Shown in pieces: positions 62,060 through 64,000 of a stretch of 64,000 nt of DNA (position 1 is the stretch's first letter; each line of letters opens with the position of its first letter). The notes beneath the pieces are model-generated. The model saw only the letters and a list, made by a program, of their open reading frames with translations, was not told where the DNA came from and did not search any database. The position numbers were made by a program, and so were the translations under genes. This DNA comes from Rhina ancylostomus (taxonomy: Eukaryota). Location: assembly GCA_030265395.1 (NCBI GenBank), contig JARFYF010000063.1, positions 104,958,240 through 105,022,239 of the forward strand. The letters are read 5' to 3'.

Positions 62060-62260
62060 TTACACACTAGTTCTGCTCCGGAAGGCTCAGATATGGATTC
62101 CCATGGACAATCTACAGAAGAAGGCTAATGTTTATGCACAATGAAATGCCTGGTGCTGACCAATAAGAAACCCTGCATGCAATGTTAAGAATGCACCTGC
62201 TTAAAGGTTGGAGAATTGTAGAAGTCATTTAGCAACCAATCCACAAGCAGCTGATGTATC
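62060..62260 (+). pseudogene. Possible Harbinger accessory-protein remnant
   Basis: HTSSAPEGSDMDSHGQ, a frameshift, then YRRRLMFMHNEMPGA..ETLHAMLR. This resembles a motif I recall from repeat-derived predicted shark proteins; unverified. Confidence 0.4.
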
Positions 62261-64000
62261 CTCTAAAGAATGCTAGTCAGGTGTCCAACTTCTTGATGTA
62301 AGTTAGATATTAGCTGGAATATTGAGCTCTAATTTAGCAGCACTAACCTGAAGACAGCATTGCACACTGACTTCCGCAGTCATTAGCAATGTAAGCACCA
62401 ACGTCTTCCCAGTAAGGCAACTGGGACAACTTGATCTACAAGTGTAGATATCGATGGCTGTTGTGGAACTACTTCAGCAACAATAATCGGTAACTGAGAC
62501 CCAATTTGGTACTAAATCTAAACATGTAAACAGGCTAACTTTTTACATCCAATTAATGCCTGCTTTTATCCCTTCATCAGAATAGCCCAATTCCACATCA
62601 ATGGGAGTCTTAAGAAATAAGACTTCTGATTTAATACTACACGTTTTGAACATCTGAAAGTGTGTGTCTGGTTAGTTCCTGAGAATTGAAACTTAGAGAA
62701 GAACACAAATGACTTGTGTGGTTGGCAGTTTATTGTCATGTGTACCACGTTACTATGATCAAAATAGTACACTTTCAACATGGAAACTGCATTTTATGTT
62801 CTACCAGGTAACAGTGTTAATGTCATCTTACAGTTCCTACATACATGATAATGAAATCTTTTGACTAATTGCTCCAAGAATTCAATTGATTATGAATCGG
62901 CTACTTTTGTTAAATTTAAGCTGGGAAATGGCCAGCTGCAGCTCTGTAACATGGAGGCTGAGGAGGAAGAAATGTGCATGTGTCAGAACAGTGCACTTGT
63001 GGTTGATGACAGTCATAGAAAAGTACTTGCACCCCAGTACAGATTGGAACCCTTCACACACCTAACAAAGGGTATCGTTGGAGTGCAGTCACAACTATGA
63101 CAAGGCCACTTCCAAAGTGTGCCTGAATACAACATAACAGAACAAGTAATTAGACATGAAATTTGTGACCAATCTGGTTCAGTCACTGAGCTAGTAAAGA
63201 AAATTGCTGCAACTTGTGAAGGACCTAATAATAAATATTAAAAAGATAAGCTAAGAAAAATTACTTAATAAATTAGTGTGGATTCTGGCAACATAATATC
63301 AATTTCAAAGAATACAGCTCCATCTAAAATAGTCTGACCCCAAAACATCACCAGAGCACACTCTAATCACAGGAGATGTACTCTGTTAATCCCACCCCTC
63401 ATCAGCTGCGCTGGCCCATTGTAATGAATATGAAAATTAAATCCTTTTTAGCTTTGAGACCAAGAATATTTTCATCTTTGCCCTGAAGGGAAAGCTTCAT
63501 ACAGTTGCAGGATTACAAGGTGAACCCACAGGTCACGAGGAGACCTTTCCTTTTCTCATCAAAGAATTCAATTTCTGAGCCCAAGTCTTTTAAAATAATA
63601 CATTCTTGCAACTCATGAACAGCTTTTATTCATATCTGGTATGGAAAAAAATAAGCTTGCAGAAGACGTAAAGAGGATCAGAGGTGGGGATAGAATATTA
63701 TTATAATCTGCCACACTCACACATCAGCCTTTTACTGAGTAATCACAGATAAATTGAGGATTTACATATTTAAGCAGGGGAGAGAACCTCTGTATGAAAA
63801 TTTTAATTCAAAGATCGGTTTCCAGGACTTTAACTCTTGCAATCCTTTGCATCTCAAATTCTTTTTAGTAATGCGGCAATGTGCAACTCCCCTTCTGTTC
63901 CAGAATGAAGTATAACTTTTTTACAGGAAAGCTAAATTTTGCTTGTGTATTTTTCTTAATTGCTTTGACCATTTAACCTTGCATCGTTCATGATGATTGC

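Noticed and set aside
45000-64000. Exons of a neighbouring gene such as SMYD2 (downstream of PROX1 in mammals)
   Set aside because: I found no SET/MYND-like or other recognisable host peptide in any frame I could read.

Overview
Eukaryotic, AT-rich vertebrate DNA with about a dozen N gaps. The repeat content (CR1/L2 LINEs, tRNA-derived V-SINE-like elements, an abundant 'AAATGCTGGAAATACTCAGCAGG' repeat) points to a cartilaginous fish, probably a ray-like batoid; this is inference. The only host protein-coding sequence I can support is the last coding exon of PROX1 (37522-37707, + strand, VPERFLEVAQ...LQELLHE*). It is preceded by what looks like a very long final intron and followed by a ~7 kb 3'UTR ending near an AATAAA at 44744. 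Positions ~45-64 kb look intergenic. Most ORF-track entries are spurious or TE-derived. The main structure the ORF track does not show is a set of decayed PIF/Harbinger transposon pieces: two transposase fossils, a Myb/SANT-like exon, candidate accessory-ORF remnants, and two ~180-190 bp palindromic MITEs, one inside the PROX1 3'UTR. Also notable are a CAGCAG tandem splice acceptor on the PROX1 exon, a terminal miRNA/Pumilio site cluster, an apparent excess of TGACCTTG (NR5A/ERR-type) sites, and several enhancer-like intronic blocks. I find no CRISPR array, rRNA or tRNA genes, and cannot claim a new biological system from sequence alone. TE boundaries are approximate.
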